Positions 1-10,500 of a stretch of 64,000 nt of DNA are shown piece after piece. The DNA lies in assembly GCA_046483985.1 (NCBI GenBank), contig JAWOCD010000085.1, positions 8,957 to 72,956 on the forward strand, written 5' to 3'. Position 1 is the first letter of the stretch, and every line of letters begins with the position of its first letter. The position numbers were made by a program, and so were the translations under genes. Origin of the DNA: Promethearchaeia archaeon. Its GTDB lineage: Archaea > Asgardarchaeota > Lokiarchaeia > Sigyniarchaeales > SOKP01. Below the pieces are notes generated by a model, which saw only the letters and a program-made list of their open reading frames with translations, did not search any database and was not told where the DNA came from.

Positions 1-75
1 CATAAATGATTGGGAAGAATTTCCAAAGCTTATCAGTGATATATTAAAATCTAGATTTTAGATTCTAAGAAAAAA

Positions 76-2418
76 ATGACAGAAAAAACTCTTTCAAAAA
101 GGCTTATAAGAATATTTGGAGAAAAGAAGTATGAAAAAGCCGAGAGTTTTTCAAAAAATAAAATTAATATTATCAAGTCCCAAAAAAGCCCATTAGAAAT
201 CAGGGTCATCATCTTAGAAAATGAGCGAGAACTTCATTTAATTATTGATGAAAAAGCAAGCGAAATTTATCATGATTGCCCCGATTTTCTTATTCATAAG
301 GACCCTCACGATAAAATCTGCCCACATTTTTTAAAATTATTACTTGTCTTGGATCCCCCTGTATCATTTTCCATATTAGAAAATTTAGATAATTATCGTC
401 TTACTTCTGCGGATCCTGGGTCCTTTAAAAAAAGCCAAAATTATCTTCTTGGGGCAAATTCTTGTTTCCGTGAAGATAATCCAGTAGAAGGCTTAAATTT
501 TCTTCAAAAAGCAATAATTAATAAAAATGAATCCCAGGAAATAATAGAGACTTATTTTAAAAAATCTATTGAGAATCATCTTTACCTTGAATTTTTTGAA
601 TTTCTAAATTTTTGCGTAGAAAGCGGATTAGGGGATATCTTTTCTTTATATTCGGAACAAATTTATCGCGCTTTTTCTATGCTACTTGATTCCCTAAATG
701 ACTACTCTTTTTATAACATTGTAAAAATTTTAGATTCTATGGAATTTATTCCCTATTTAGAGGAAAATACACAGCTTTTTTCAATGCTTTTAGAGAAATG
801 TTCACAAATATTGGCAAATGAAAATTTTAAAGAAACATATTTTGCAATTTGTTTTATTAAGAAGAACTATGATTTTTTGACTGCTTTAGACCGAGGCTTT
901 AAAGATATAATCACCGAGGAAAGGTTAAGCTCTTTTCAAGAAAAGGTACTTATATACTTTAAAGAGGAAATAGAAAGTTTTTCCATCTTTGAAAAGATAA
1001 AATTGTTAAAAAACCAATTTCCGCTTTTAGGAATTGATAAAAAGAAGTATATCGATGATTATGAGGCATATAAACAAGAAATCCAGCAACTTGAACGAAA
1101 GGTTCTCAAAAAGAAATTTTCCTTCCTAAAGCTTTTAATCAAAAAGTATAAACTAAAGAAAGTAAAAGCGAAAATAAGAAAAAAAAGGAACTTTTATGTC
1201 ATTACCCATGATAAGGAAAATCTGAAAAAACCCGTCTATCACTACATTATTGAGCACTTGAGCTTCTATGGACCCAAAAAAGAATACATTAAATCAAACA
1301 AATTAGGCGAGAACTTTTTTATCATGAAGGAACTATTTTCAAATGATTTAACTCAATTTCCAGACATTTTATATTATAAAAACCAATATTGGGGGGAGAA
1401 TCAAGAGATAGAGCTTAAATCCGCTGAGGGCTATGATCTCATTAATAAAGACATAAATTATAATTATAAAGATTATCCCTTCTATAAAAATCAAGACGAG
1501 ATAATAATCATCGAATGGGACTTAATCAAAATACCAAGACAAGCAAATATTGTTTCCGCCTATAGTACTCAGATCATAGTCCCGGATCAAAATAATTCGC
1601 TTTTTCATGATTTAAAGCCCTTTGATCTCTGCATTTGCAAGAAAACTCCAATTAGTATTGAAAGCAACATTATAAAAAAAATACAAGTATTAAATAAGTG
1701 CACATTTGAAGAGGCAATTCAGTTAGTGGCAGAAGGAGTAAAATTTATAGAAGGATATTATCCATTATCACTTATCCACAAAGTAAAGGAAAAAGAAATT
1801 AACCCTTTCGATGCGTTTAATCAAATCATGAAAAACCCAGATAGGCAGTTCATACCGAACTATAAACTATTTGTTTCCTCTTTTAAGAACTTCTTGACCG
1901 CATTTATAGATAATGAGCGAAAATATGTTTTTGAGCGAATTATAAAAGATCCCGAAAAATACGCCAAACAGATACTCCTAGTTTCAAATTTGTATCATGA
2001 CATAAGGGGGATTGATATGGACTTCACAGAGATCATTACCCAAATTTTAGCTCATAAGAAAATGGATATAAGTACCTTCAGACGGCAATTTATTGATCAA
2101 GTAAAGGACGTTATTTCTACTCGCTTATCAAACAAGAGAATCGGTTCCACGGCTATTTTTAATCTCAAAAAAATGAAAAATACTCCCTTTTCAAAATATT
2201 TTGACGAAATCATAGAAGTAAGAAGGAAGGAGTTTGAAGATGCTCAGATTAAAAAAGTTGAGAACCGATATAACATCTCAGAAGTATTAGAAACATATTA
2301 CGGACAGAAATTTAGCAAAATTCTGGATTTAGGATTGAAAAAAGTTATCACCCCTCCTGAATTTGTAAAAATGGAAAAATATGCTCAGAAACTTGGTTTA
2401 AAACTTAATATCCAATAA
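76..2418 (+). CDS. hypothetical protein with SWIM-like zinc-finger motif near the N-terminus
   Basis: Uninterrupted 780-aa ORF with an ATG start. The segment YHDCPDFLIHKDPHDKICPHFLKLLL resembles a SWIM finger (Cys/His pair, then CxH followed by a hydrophobic helix). The rest is K/E/F-rich and helical, with no family I recognise. Confidence 0.5.
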   Translation: MTEKTLSKRLIRIFGEKKYEKAESFSKNKINIIKSQKSPLEIRVIILENERELHLIIDEKASEIYHDCPDFLIHKDPHDKICPHFLKLLLVLDPPVSFSILENLDNYRLTSADPGSFKKSQNYLLGANSCFREDNPVEGLNFLQKAIINKNESQEIIETYFKKSIENHLYLEFFEFLNFCVESGLGDIFSLYSEQIYRAFSMLLDSLNDYSFYNIVKILDSMEFIPYLEENTQLFSMLLEKCSQILANENFKETYFAICFIKKNYDFLTALDRGFKDIITEERLSSFQEKVLIYFKEEIESFSIFEKIKLLKNQFPLLGIDKKKYIDDYEAYKQEIQQLERKVLKKKFSFLKLLIKKYKLKKVKAKIRKKRNFYVITHDKENLKKPVYHYIIEHLSFYGPKKEYIKSNKLGENFFIMKELFSNDLTQFPDILYYKNQYWGENQEIELKSAEGYDLINKDINYNYKDYPFYKNQDEIIIIEWDLIKIPRQANIVSAYSTQIIVPDQNNSLFHDLKPFDLCICKKTPISIESNIIKKIQVLNKCTFEEAIQLVAEGVKFIEGYYPLSLIHKVKEKEINPFDAFNQIMKNPDRQFIPNYKLFVSSFKNFLTAFIDNERKYVFERIIKDPEKYAKQILLVSNLYHDIRGIDMDFTEIITQILAHKKMDISTFRRQFIDQVKDVISTRLSNKRIGSTAIFNLKKMKNTPFSKYFDEIIEVRRKEFEDAQIKKVENRYNISEVLETYYGQKFSKILDLGLKKVITPPEFVKMEKYAQKLGLKLNIQ

Positions 2419-2444
2419 AAGAAACATTCTGACTATTTAATTCC

Positions 2445-3587
2445 CTATTTTTTATTTTTTCTTTTGTAGAGATCGATTAATTTTCCGAAAAACTTTTGAT
2501 AGATCTCAATAGTCTTTAAATAATCTGAAATCTCAATGTATTCATCTTTAGTATGCTCTAGTTTTGGATCTCCTGGTCCGTAGGTTATTGAGGGTATATT
2601 TAGAGCGGCCCCAATTTTATTTATAAAGGTGGTCCCGGTTTTTTTAATTAGGGTTGGTTTTTCGTGTAGTGTTTTGAAAATCGCCCATCGGAGGGCTCCA
2701 ATGACCAAGTTTTTACCTTCTATCTCGAATCCTTCGATTTTGCTTAAAATTTCAAGGGTGACCTTAGCTTTCCCTCCCGATTTTAATACCCTCTCTTTAT
2801 AATGTGCCAGTACTTCTCTAATAGACTCTAAAATCTCTTTTACCTTAATAGTTGGCGGAAAACGGATATCGATACTCAAACTACAGTTTGACGGGACACA
2901 ATTGTTTATGTCCCCTCCGTTAATAACAGTTAGATTAGGAATAATTTGATTAAAATAACGGGTATTTTTATTTAGAATTTCAATCTTTTTATTTAACTTT
3001 TTACAAGTTTGCTGGATATCTTCCCAGATATTCAAACCCATCTCGATGGCGTTGAGATATTCCCAAGAAGAAGCAACGTGTCCTTTCTGGGTTTTAATTT
3101 GTATTTCAAAACATATTCTTCCCTTATACCCTATACAAATTTGGTCGATCTTGGTAGGCTCTCCGAAGATTGCATAATCTGGTCTTATTTTCGATTCTAA
3201 AAAAGTATCTATTCCAATGAGACTATCTTCTTCTCGCACGATTCCGGCAAACGTGATTTTTCCCTCTTCAGCAAATTTGAATTCCTTTATTGCGTAGACC
3301 ATTGCTGCTAAAGCCGGTTTACAATCTACGGCTCCTCTTCCGAATATCTTCCCTTCTTTTTTAATCACGGGTAATTTCCCGGGGATGGTATCCATGTGAG
3401 AAACTAACAAAAGATGAGGCTTTCCTTTCCCTTTTTCTGCGATTAAATTTCCAACCTTATCAAAATGAGTTCGAAACCCACCATTTTTCAAAAAATCTTC
3501 CAAGAATTGTGCGTAATGTTCTTCCTTCCCCGAAGGGCTATACAGTTCTATGCACTGTTTTAGAAATTTAACGGCTTTTTTATTCAT
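2445..3587 (-). CDS. lysK: M20-family amidohydrolase, [LysW]-lysine/ornithine hydrolase or acetylornithine deacetylase type (LysK/ArgE)
   Basis: M20 metallopeptidase motifs LLLVSHMDTIPG, GRGAVDCK and VREEDS, with C-terminal GPGDPKLEHTKDEYI. It lies last in a co-directional lysX-lysZ-lysK run. The ATG at 3587 overlaps the upstream stop; the ORF-track start at 3593 is TTG. Confidence 0.7.
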   Translation of the reverse strand: MNKKAVKFLKQCIELYSPSGKEEHYAQFLEDFLKNGGFRTHFDKVGNLIAEKGKGKPHLLLVSHMDTIPGKLPVIKKEGKIFGRGAVDCKPALAAMVYAIKEFKFAEEGKITFAGIVREEDSLIGIDTFLESKIRPDYAIFGEPTKIDQICIGYKGRICFEIQIKTQKGHVASSWEYLNAIEMGLNIWEDIQQTCKKLNKKIEILNKNTRYFNQIIPNLTVINGGDINNCVPSNCSLSIDIRFPPTIKVKEILESIREVLAHYKERVLKSGGKAKVTLEILSKIEGFEIEGKNLVIGALRWAIFKTLHEKPTLIKKTGTTFINKIGAALNIPSITYGPGDPKLEHTKDEYIEISDYLKTIEIYQKFFGKLIDLYKRKNKK

Positions 3588-4437
3588 TTTCAATCACCGT
3601 CCCAGCTCCTTTTTCTAATGCATCAGATACCGGATTTTTCCTCAATCCGGAACAGATTATTATTTTATTAATCCCTTTTTCAAAGGCCTCTAACGCAGCG
3701 TAAGCTTTTTTCTTCATCCCTCCTTTTAGATCTTCCATCAATTCTTCTAATTGAGACGGTTTTAATGATTTAATCAAGCTCTCTTTCTCCTCAATATCGC
3801 GATAGACACCCTTCACATCGGTTAAACTAATCAATATATCTGCATCTATTGCCTCTGCAATACTACTTGCGGCCCGATCACCATCGGTATTTACAATAGT
3901 CCCATTTTCACTTTTTGCTAAGGAACTCACAATGGGCATATAGTTTTTCTTAATTAACATCTTTATAATTTCGGGATTTACTTTGTATACTTTTCCGGAG
4001 AATTCTCCTCTCTTTATTATTCGTTTTCCTTTAATTAATACCAGAATTTTCTCCTTTCTTTTAGCTTCTAATGTTCCTCCGTCTGTTCCCGAAAAACCAA
4101 AGGCATTTACCCCCTCTTGTTGCAGAGCTTCTACCAATCGTTTATTATTTAGTCCTCCTAATGCCATTATTGCTGCCTCAATAGCCTCATCATTTGTATA
4201 CCTTGTTCTAAAACCGGAAGGAGTCTGAAAATAAATGGGCTCTTTTCCCATTTTCTTTAGGGTTTCGTTGATTTGCGCCCCACCTCCATGCACGATAACT
4301 AAAGTATATTTTTCCCCATAGTTGTGATAAATATTTGCAATATCTTTGACTACGTTTTGAAAGTTTTCCGCGATTAACGATCCTCCAATTTTTAAAACCA
4401 CAATCATTTCTTTTTGATCAACCTTTATTTGATTCAC
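3580..4437 (-). CDS. lysZ: amino-acid kinase, [LysW]-aminoadipate/glutamate kinase or N-acetylglutamate kinase type (LysZ/ArgB)
   Basis: Amino-acid kinase fold motifs VVLKIGGS, VIVHGGGAQIN and NTDGDRAAS. The start is either GTG at 4437 (20-nt overlap with lysX) or ATG at 4407. Confidence 0.8.
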   Translation of the reverse strand: MNQIKVDQKEMIVVLKIGGSLIAENFQNVVKDIANIYHNYGEKYTLVIVHGGGAQINETLKKMGKEPIYFQTPSGFRTRYTNDEAIEAAIMALGGLNNKRLVEALQQEGVNAFGFSGTDGGTLEAKRKEKILVLIKGKRIIKRGEFSGKVYKVNPEIIKMLIKKNYMPIVSSLAKSENGTIVNTDGDRAASSIAEAIDADILISLTDVKGVYRDIEEKESLIKSLKPSQLEELMEDLKGGMKKKAYAALEAFEKGINKIIICSGLRKNPVSDALEKGAGTVIENE

Positions 4438-5284
4438 ATTCGTCTACTATATATTCCACAATTTTCTCTGCAATGTTGACATCAGAAGCTTTTGAAATAC
4501 CTCGGAATTGGGGCGTCCCATTTATTTCTATCACCTTGAGTGAATCGCCGTCATCTATTAAATCAACTCCAACAATCTCTCCGTCTACTGCCGCTGCAGC
4601 TTGGGTACATATTTCTCGGATTTGAGGAGTTATGGGTAGAGGTTTTGCCGATCCGCCTATAGCAATATTACTCCTAAAATCATCACTGGGACTATAACGC
4701 TCCATCCCCGCTACACATTCTCCATCAATCACAAAAACACGTAAGTCTGTCTGTCCTTCCTTACTCTTATCTTTGACTTTTATAAAATCTTGGATATAAT
4801 AAATCTTCTGTAAGATATCCCCCATGGTCTCCCGGCATTCTAAATTGGATTGAGCGGCATTATAATCATCTAATTTAGCTACTAATCTCCCCCACGATCC
4901 GATGAGGGGTTTGATAATTGCGGGGTAATTAAATTTTTCTTCGATTAAGTCCATAGCGGTATCTTTTTTAAATGCCACTCCCGATTTAGGGGTGGGAATT
5001 TCTTGCTTAATCAATTCTAAGCTTGTTAATAATTTATTGCCGGTTATATTTAAACAGTTAAAATTATTAATGGTATCATATCCTTTTGTTTCTAATATTG
5101 AACTTGTGTAGAGTCCTCGGAAATAACTTAGCGATCTTTCCAAGAAAATAGTGTAATCTTTCGGTAAATCTTTCTTATTTGTCAGTTCAAAATAGAATTT
5201 TTGATTATTTAATAGATCATATTTTATCTGTTTTGCTTCTAATTCTTTAATGATTTGCTTTATTTCCCAGGTAACTCTATTCAT
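4418..5284 (-). CDS. lysX: ATP-grasp ligase of the RimK/LysX/ArgX family
   Basis: ATP-grasp pattern (IIKPLIGSWGRLV, DLRVFVIDGE, GVDLI...EINGTPQF) and its position upstream of the kinase and M20 hydrolase. The ATG at 5284 (MNRVTWEI) is preferred over the TTG at 5311 in the ORF track. Confidence 0.75.
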   Translation of the reverse strand: MNRVTWEIKQIIKELEAKQIKYDLLNNQKFYFELTNKKDLPKDYTIFLERSLSYFRGLYTSSILETKGYDTINNFNCLNITGNKLLTSLELIKQEIPTPKSGVAFKKDTAMDLIEEKFNYPAIIKPLIGSWGRLVAKLDDYNAAQSNLECRETMGDILQKIYYIQDFIKVKDKSKEGQTDLRVFVIDGECVAGMERYSPSDDFRSNIAIGGSAKPLPITPQIREICTQAAAAVDGEIVGVDLIDDGDSLKVIEINGTPQFRGISKASDVNIAEKIVEYIVDECESNKG

Positions 5285-5468
5285 TAGGATGCCAATTAAC
5301 AACTTTAACAACTCTTTCTTTCTAACTTAAGTTAATAATTGAAATAAATGGAACTTTATTAAATATTTCATTCAGAGTATGCCAGTTAGAATACGACAAA
5401 AAACTCAAATTTAATTATATAGATTTATTTTATTTTTATATAAAAATAATTGTTAAATGTGAAGAAAA

Positions 5469-6002
5469 GTGTCAAATAAAAAGATTGGTGCTGTAAAAAT
5501 CGATTTTCTTAATTCCAGAATAGAAATGAGCCCTAATATGAAAATTTTAAAGAAAAAGGCTCAATCTATTACTGATTCCGATGAGAACGAGGAAGTAACT
5601 ATTTTCTTTGAAATTGAGGATAACGACTTGACTAAAACAGAGTATAAAGCATATTCTTTATTTAAGGATGAAATTGACGATGACGAGCCTTTTGATCTGG
5701 AGAATCCGTGGTATAAAGATGAATCTGTCGCGGTTCCAAATTCCGGCAACGCTTCCACACCTAAAAAAGAGCCAGAACCCCAACCAGAACCTAAAAAAGA
5801 GCCAGAACCCCAACCAGAACCAACATCTCCGGAAATACAAAAGCTCCAAGCGAAATTAACTAAAATTAAAAATATGATCACCGAGTTAGATCAGAAATTT
5901 AAAGAAGGAAAAATTGAACAGAAAGCATTTTTAAAGAAAAAAGATTATCTATCCCAGAAAGCTGGGTCTCTAATGGGGCAGATTGAAAAATTAAAAGGAT
6001 AA
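5469..6002 (+). CDS. hypothetical acidic/coiled-coil protein with PKKEPEPQPE tandem repeat and SHOCT-like C-terminus
   Basis: 177-aa ORF with a GTG start. It contains the in-frame 30-bp x2 repeat. The C-terminal KFKEGKIEQKAFLKKKDYL resembles the SHOCT short C-terminal domain pattern. No enzymatic motifs seen. Confidence 0.45.
   Translation: MSNKKIGAVKIDFLNSRIEMSPNMKILKKKAQSITDSDENEEVTIFFEIEDNDLTKTEYKAYSLFKDEIDDDEPFDLENPWYKDESVAVPNSGNASTPKKEPEPQPEPKKEPEPQPEPTSPEIQKLQAKLTKIKNMITELDQKFKEGKIEQKAFLKKKDYLSQKAGSLMGQIEKLKG
5761..5820 (+). repeat. perfect 30-bp tandem duplication (CTAAAAAAGAGCCAGAACCCCAACCAGAAC x2), in frame
   Basis: Read directly from the sequence. It encodes PKKEPEPQPE twice. Confidence 0.95.
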
Positions 6003-6027
6003 AATCTAATTTAAAGTGTAGTTAATT

Positions 6028-7314
6028 ATGGAAAACAATAGAATTCACCCTTCAAAAGATATTAAAAGTTCAAAGGGGAATTTATTATACGGAAAAAACA
6101 TCTATCTTTGTATAACTGGATCCGTTGCCTCAATTACTTCGCCTATTATAGCACGTGAGTTAATGAGATATGGGGCAGAGGTTTACCCTGTGATGTCTCC
6201 AGCAGCGACCAAATTAATTACTCCTCGATTAATGGAGTGGGCAACCGGTAATGAGACTTTAATTAATATAGGGGGAAAGGTAGAGCATGTCGAAATTAGC
6301 GCCGAAAGACCCGGGAATGCCCCCCATGCAGATTTAATCCTTTTATGTCCGGCTACTGCGAATAGTATATCCAAGATTGCATCTGGAATTACTGATACTC
6401 CTCCAACATTAATAACTTATACTGCTCTCTCTACAAATGTACCGATTCTTGTAGTACCAGCTATGCATATTTCTATGTATAATTCTATTTTAGAATCAAA
6501 TATCCAAAAACTAAAAAAGCTCGGGGTTGAGATTATAGGACCTCGTCTTACGGAAGGCAAAGCCAAAGTTCCCCATGTGGATGATATTGTGGATCGCACC
6601 ATAGATATAATTGCAGCAGAAAAGGACCTCAAAGGCTATAAGTTTCTTATTACGGGGGGACCTACGCGTCAGTACATCGATGAAATCAGATTCATTAGCA
6701 ACGATTCTACTGGGAAAATGGGGATTGAATTAGCAAAAGAAGTAAGAGCGAGGGGGGGAGAGGTGTTATTATTGAACGGAAAATCTAGTGCTTCGGTCCC
6801 GGATTACATCGATCAAATTTCTTGTACTTCAACGGAGGATTTTGTTCGCGTAGTTTCAAAAGAACTCTCCGAAAATAAGTGGGACTTTTTTATATCCGCA
6901 GCAGCAATGTCAGATTATACTCCTACCGAAGAATGTGTATCAGATGGAAAAATCTCCAGTGATAAAGTCAAAGAACTAAATATTTCGTTAAGACTCACTC
7001 CAAAATTAATCAACCGCGCGGCAAAAATTAACCACAATACTTTTATTATCGGCTTTAAGGCGGAAACAAATGTCTCTAAAAGTGTATTGATTGACCGGGG
7101 ATATGAAAGATTGAAAACTTCTGGCATTGATCTTATCGTCTGTAACGATGTTTCTCGGGAGGATATCGGATTTGAAAGCAACTATAATGAAGTCTACATT
7201 GTCAATAAAGATAAACGAATTGTTCATGTTCCCAAGCGAACAAAAAGGTATGTCGCCTCAAGAATTGTTGATGTGGCGCTTGAAAATTACCGCCTCAAGC
7301 AAGAAAAACAATAG
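6028..7314 (+). CDS. coaBC: bifunctional phosphopantothenoylcysteine decarboxylase / phosphopantothenate-cysteine ligase (CoaBC/Dfp)
   Basis: N-terminal flavoprotein motifs ITGSVASI and PATANSISKIASGITD. C-terminal CoaB motifs ITGGPTRQYIDEIRFISNDSTGKMG and AAAMSDY. At 428 aa the length is typical. Confidence 0.85.
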   Translation: MENNRIHPSKDIKSSKGNLLYGKNIYLCITGSVASITSPIIARELMRYGAEVYPVMSPAATKLITPRLMEWATGNETLINIGGKVEHVEISAERPGNAPHADLILLCPATANSISKIASGITDTPPTLITYTALSTNVPILVVPAMHISMYNSILESNIQKLKKLGVEIIGPRLTEGKAKVPHVDDIVDRTIDIIAAEKDLKGYKFLITGGPTRQYIDEIRFISNDSTGKMGIELAKEVRARGGEVLLLNGKSSASVPDYIDQISCTSTEDFVRVVSKELSENKWDFFISAAAMSDYTPTEECVSDGKISSDKVKELNISLRLTPKLINRAAKINHNTFIIGFKAETNVSKSVLIDRGYERLKTSGIDLIVCNDVSREDIGFESNYNEVYIVNKDKRIVHVPKRTKRYVASRIVDVALENYRLKQEKQ

Positions 7315-7539
7315 ATTTTTATATTCATTCTCCTACCTAATTTTTAAAAATTCTCTTATAAATTTTTACCTAAGAAAAACTTTAAATAAGAATTAAATTT
7401 TAGTCTTTAATGAAGTAGGAATAGTTACTCAAAAATTAGGTATATAAGACGTGAGATATTGATTTTTACTTCATATTATATTAATTATGATATTGCTATA
7501 TATGACAGAAGGTATAAATTATAACTTTAAAAAAAGGAC

Positions 7540-10500
7540 ATGACTACAGAAGACGAAGCTAAGATCAAGCAAGGGAGTATAGCCCAGTTCATGCGTAAGC
7601 GTACGCAATTGGTAGGTTTTGATATGGGATACTGGAAGCATGTACAATATGCTGCCGAGTTTCTTGATAATGCGCTCGATGCCATTGAAGCATACCAATG
7701 GAGACAATTAAAAGAGGATTCTAAATACCAATATTCGCTCGATCAAGAAATCTATTTGGAAAATCTTTCCATTATTCAAGAAGAAAAGAAGGATCAGAAT
7801 TCTCAAGACCTCGATAAAGAAGCAAAAGATACCTTAATGCAAGAAGTAGGCATTAAACCCGTTGATGAAGAAGAGGCTCAAAAGCAACCAGAAAAAACTG
7901 AGGAGGGGGAGGGTATGGTCGTGGAAATGCAAGACGAGATAGAGATCGAGCAAGAGGTGGAAAATATCATTAAGGATATGGAAAGCCTTATCCAGCCCGT
8001 TGAAAACGTAAACCTCATAGATAAAGAGCCAATTGTGATTATCAGGATGACTGAGTCGGAAGCTGCTTCCTTCCTTACAGCAGAAATGAGTACGAAAAAC
8101 GTGATGTCCTATAAATTTGAGGTGTTTGATAATGGTGCAGGGATGCCCGAGATTGATTTGGAGAAATTTGGAAAATACCTTGCCTCCTCGAAATCGTTTC
8201 AGCTTAAACAAACCAGAGGCTCTCAAGGTTTTGGAGCGCCGAGTGCATTCAGTGATGCTCAAAATACCACAGGAAAACCCGTTGTAACTGTATCAAAGTC
8301 ATTGAATCAAATATACGGGATTATCTCGGAGTTTTTTACTACCTCAAAAAATGAGAAAAAATATTTAATCCCTCCCACCGAAATTGATGCACCTTTTCTT
8401 CATGGAACCTATGTGAAGCTTGAGTTTTTGAATATCAAATATGTGAGGGGGTATGTGGATACATATGTTAAGGAAACTGCCTTAATGAACCCGCATGTGA
8501 CTCTTGTCTATATTGACCCCTATGGGGATGAATACATATTTCCCAGAAAGACCGAATCATTTCCGGACAAGCCAAAATATGCTAAGCCACATCCTTCTTC
8601 TACCAACATTGGAGACCTCCAAGATCTTTTAGCAAAATCAGATAATTTAACAATTTCAGCTTTTCTTCAAGATAATTTTGTCAGAATAAGTAATAATACT
8701 GCAAAGGAAATATTAGATTTAGCAGAGCGGGATTTACAAGATAAATTAAATTTTCTTTTATTAGACGATGGATATATTGTAAAGGCAGAAAAGAAGGGAG
8801 AAGATATTTATTACGCCCGGGTTGAAAAACGAGTTTATGGAAGATCTAAACGAAAAAGAGATAAATTAATCATATATCAAGTTACTTCAGATTCATTATT
8901 GGAACTGTATTGGGAAACTATAGACCAATATGATAAATTTAATAAAGAGATTGATAAGATTAAAGAACAGATTAAAAAGAAAAACACAAAAATTGAAGAG
9001 GCCGATACCAAAAAGGCAGCCAGAAAGATTAGAAAAAAGAAGAAAAAATTATTAAAAGAGATAGATGGTATTCGGGACAAGAAAGACAAATTACGCGCAG
9101 ATATGAATGAGATTTTTAAGGGCTTGGATGAGGGGATAAAAGAGATCAAAAACAAATCTGAAGTGAATGAAATTTCCGATTTAGTATCGGAAGTAGAGAT
9201 AACAGAAACAAGACCCCAAGAATTAAGCAGTGACCAATTTAATTCCTTATTTAGAGCATTTAAATCAGTGAAATACATGTCACCGCCAACGGACACCGTA
9301 GTCCCTGTAGGTGCCACGATTTTGGAAAATACGATGATTAAGGAATTAGGACTTAAAGTATCTGACAATACTGAAGATTTTGGTCGACCTGTCGAGGAGG
9401 TCCATCCAATTGAAGAAAATATTTTAAAATTCAAAAAAAAGAAATTAAAACGAGAAGATCCGAATTTAACTGAAGATGAATTGGGGGAACTCTCTGTCGA
9501 CCATGGAGAAATAGAGAGTTTAAGTACCCAAATTTTGGACTCCTTTTATGAGTTAGAGAATGGGGCTGAAAATGGAGGAAAGGATTTTGGTTCTTCATTA
9601 ACATATTTAATGGATTCCGCAGAAATTGAGGAAAGAGAAAATTATAAGGAAGTTTTTCAATTCTTTACGGAAACTTATACTATGGATGACGATTTTGTAG
9701 GTGGAGAAACGAGAAAACCCACCAGCGGAAAAGGACTTGCTTTTGTTGTGGAAGGGGTTTTAGCTTATTCAAAAAAGAATATTGAGACTCCAAATCGCTC
9801 TCGTGATGTACTTTCAAGATTTGTAAACCGGACACCAAAACTCCGGGATAGTGCTGATTGTGCAATAACTAAGGCTGTGCAGAGCGTGAATTGGAAAAAT
9901 TATAACTTGGATTCCTTTGATAATGGATTACCTAAAGGTCCAATCAAACTCCTGGTAAATGTGTCTGGTCCGTTTGTTCACCTGATGTTTAAATCTCAAT
10001 CAAAAAATTCTTTGGCAGAAGACGAAAACTTGATGAGTGAAATCAAGTATTGTCTGGAAGCGATTGGAAGGAGATTAAGAGTCTATCTTAACAGAAGAGC
10101 GGAAATTAAGAAAAAGGAAAAACGCGCGAATTTAATTGAAAAATATATTCCCAAATTCGTAGAAAGCATTTATAACATAGCGGAAACAGGCAACAGTAAA
10201 TTCACTGAAAAGTTTTCTGAAGAAGATCTCAAAGCCTTGATGAGAAAGGGAATCGGAGGGAAATCCAAACCGGAGAAAGAAGAAGGATTGAAAAAGAAAA
10301 CCAAAGAAAAAGTTAAAAGACCCAAAAAGAAAGGTAAGGTTGATTTAGATAATTTAGAGGATCTCACCGTGAAGGAGCTTCGAGCATTGGGGGATAAACA
10401 TGATATAAGGCTGAAATCACGACTTCGGAAGGACGAAATTATAGAAAAGATTCAAAAAGAACTCGGTAAACCAGCTAAGGAGGAGAAAGAAAAGAAGGAG

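Noticed and set aside
1-61. Open frame running into the window start (…INDWEEFPKLISDILKSRF, stop at 59-61), possibly the 3' end of an upstream gene.
   Set aside because: Only 19 codons are visible and no motif is present. It cannot be supported as a feature.
3009-4228. Antisense ORFs 3009-3200 and 3983-4228 inside lysK and lysZ. Similar shadow ORFs include 6183-7227, 7834-9434, 18798-20788, 21472-21942, 26352-26848, 27976-28656, 53170-54579 and 61808-62348.
   Set aside because: They lie fully inside, and antisense or out of frame to, long ORFs with strong family motifs. Their translations are low-complexity with no motifs, as expected for chance ORFs.
5312-5468. Search for a LysW carrier-protein gene upstream of lysX.
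   Set aside because: The gap is only 157 bp and has stops in all minus-strand frames, so it cannot hold a ~54-codon gene.
7315-7539. Intergenic regions scanned by eye for tRNA, rRNA or replication-origin (ORB) repeats. Others scanned were 16164-16265, 21144-21298, 30391-30548, 42777-43047, 60904-61045 and 63014-63124.
   Set aside because: All are strongly AT-rich without cloverleaf-capable GC stems or repeated ORB-like boxes that I could see. Proper tRNAscan or Infernal runs would be needed to exclude small RNAs.
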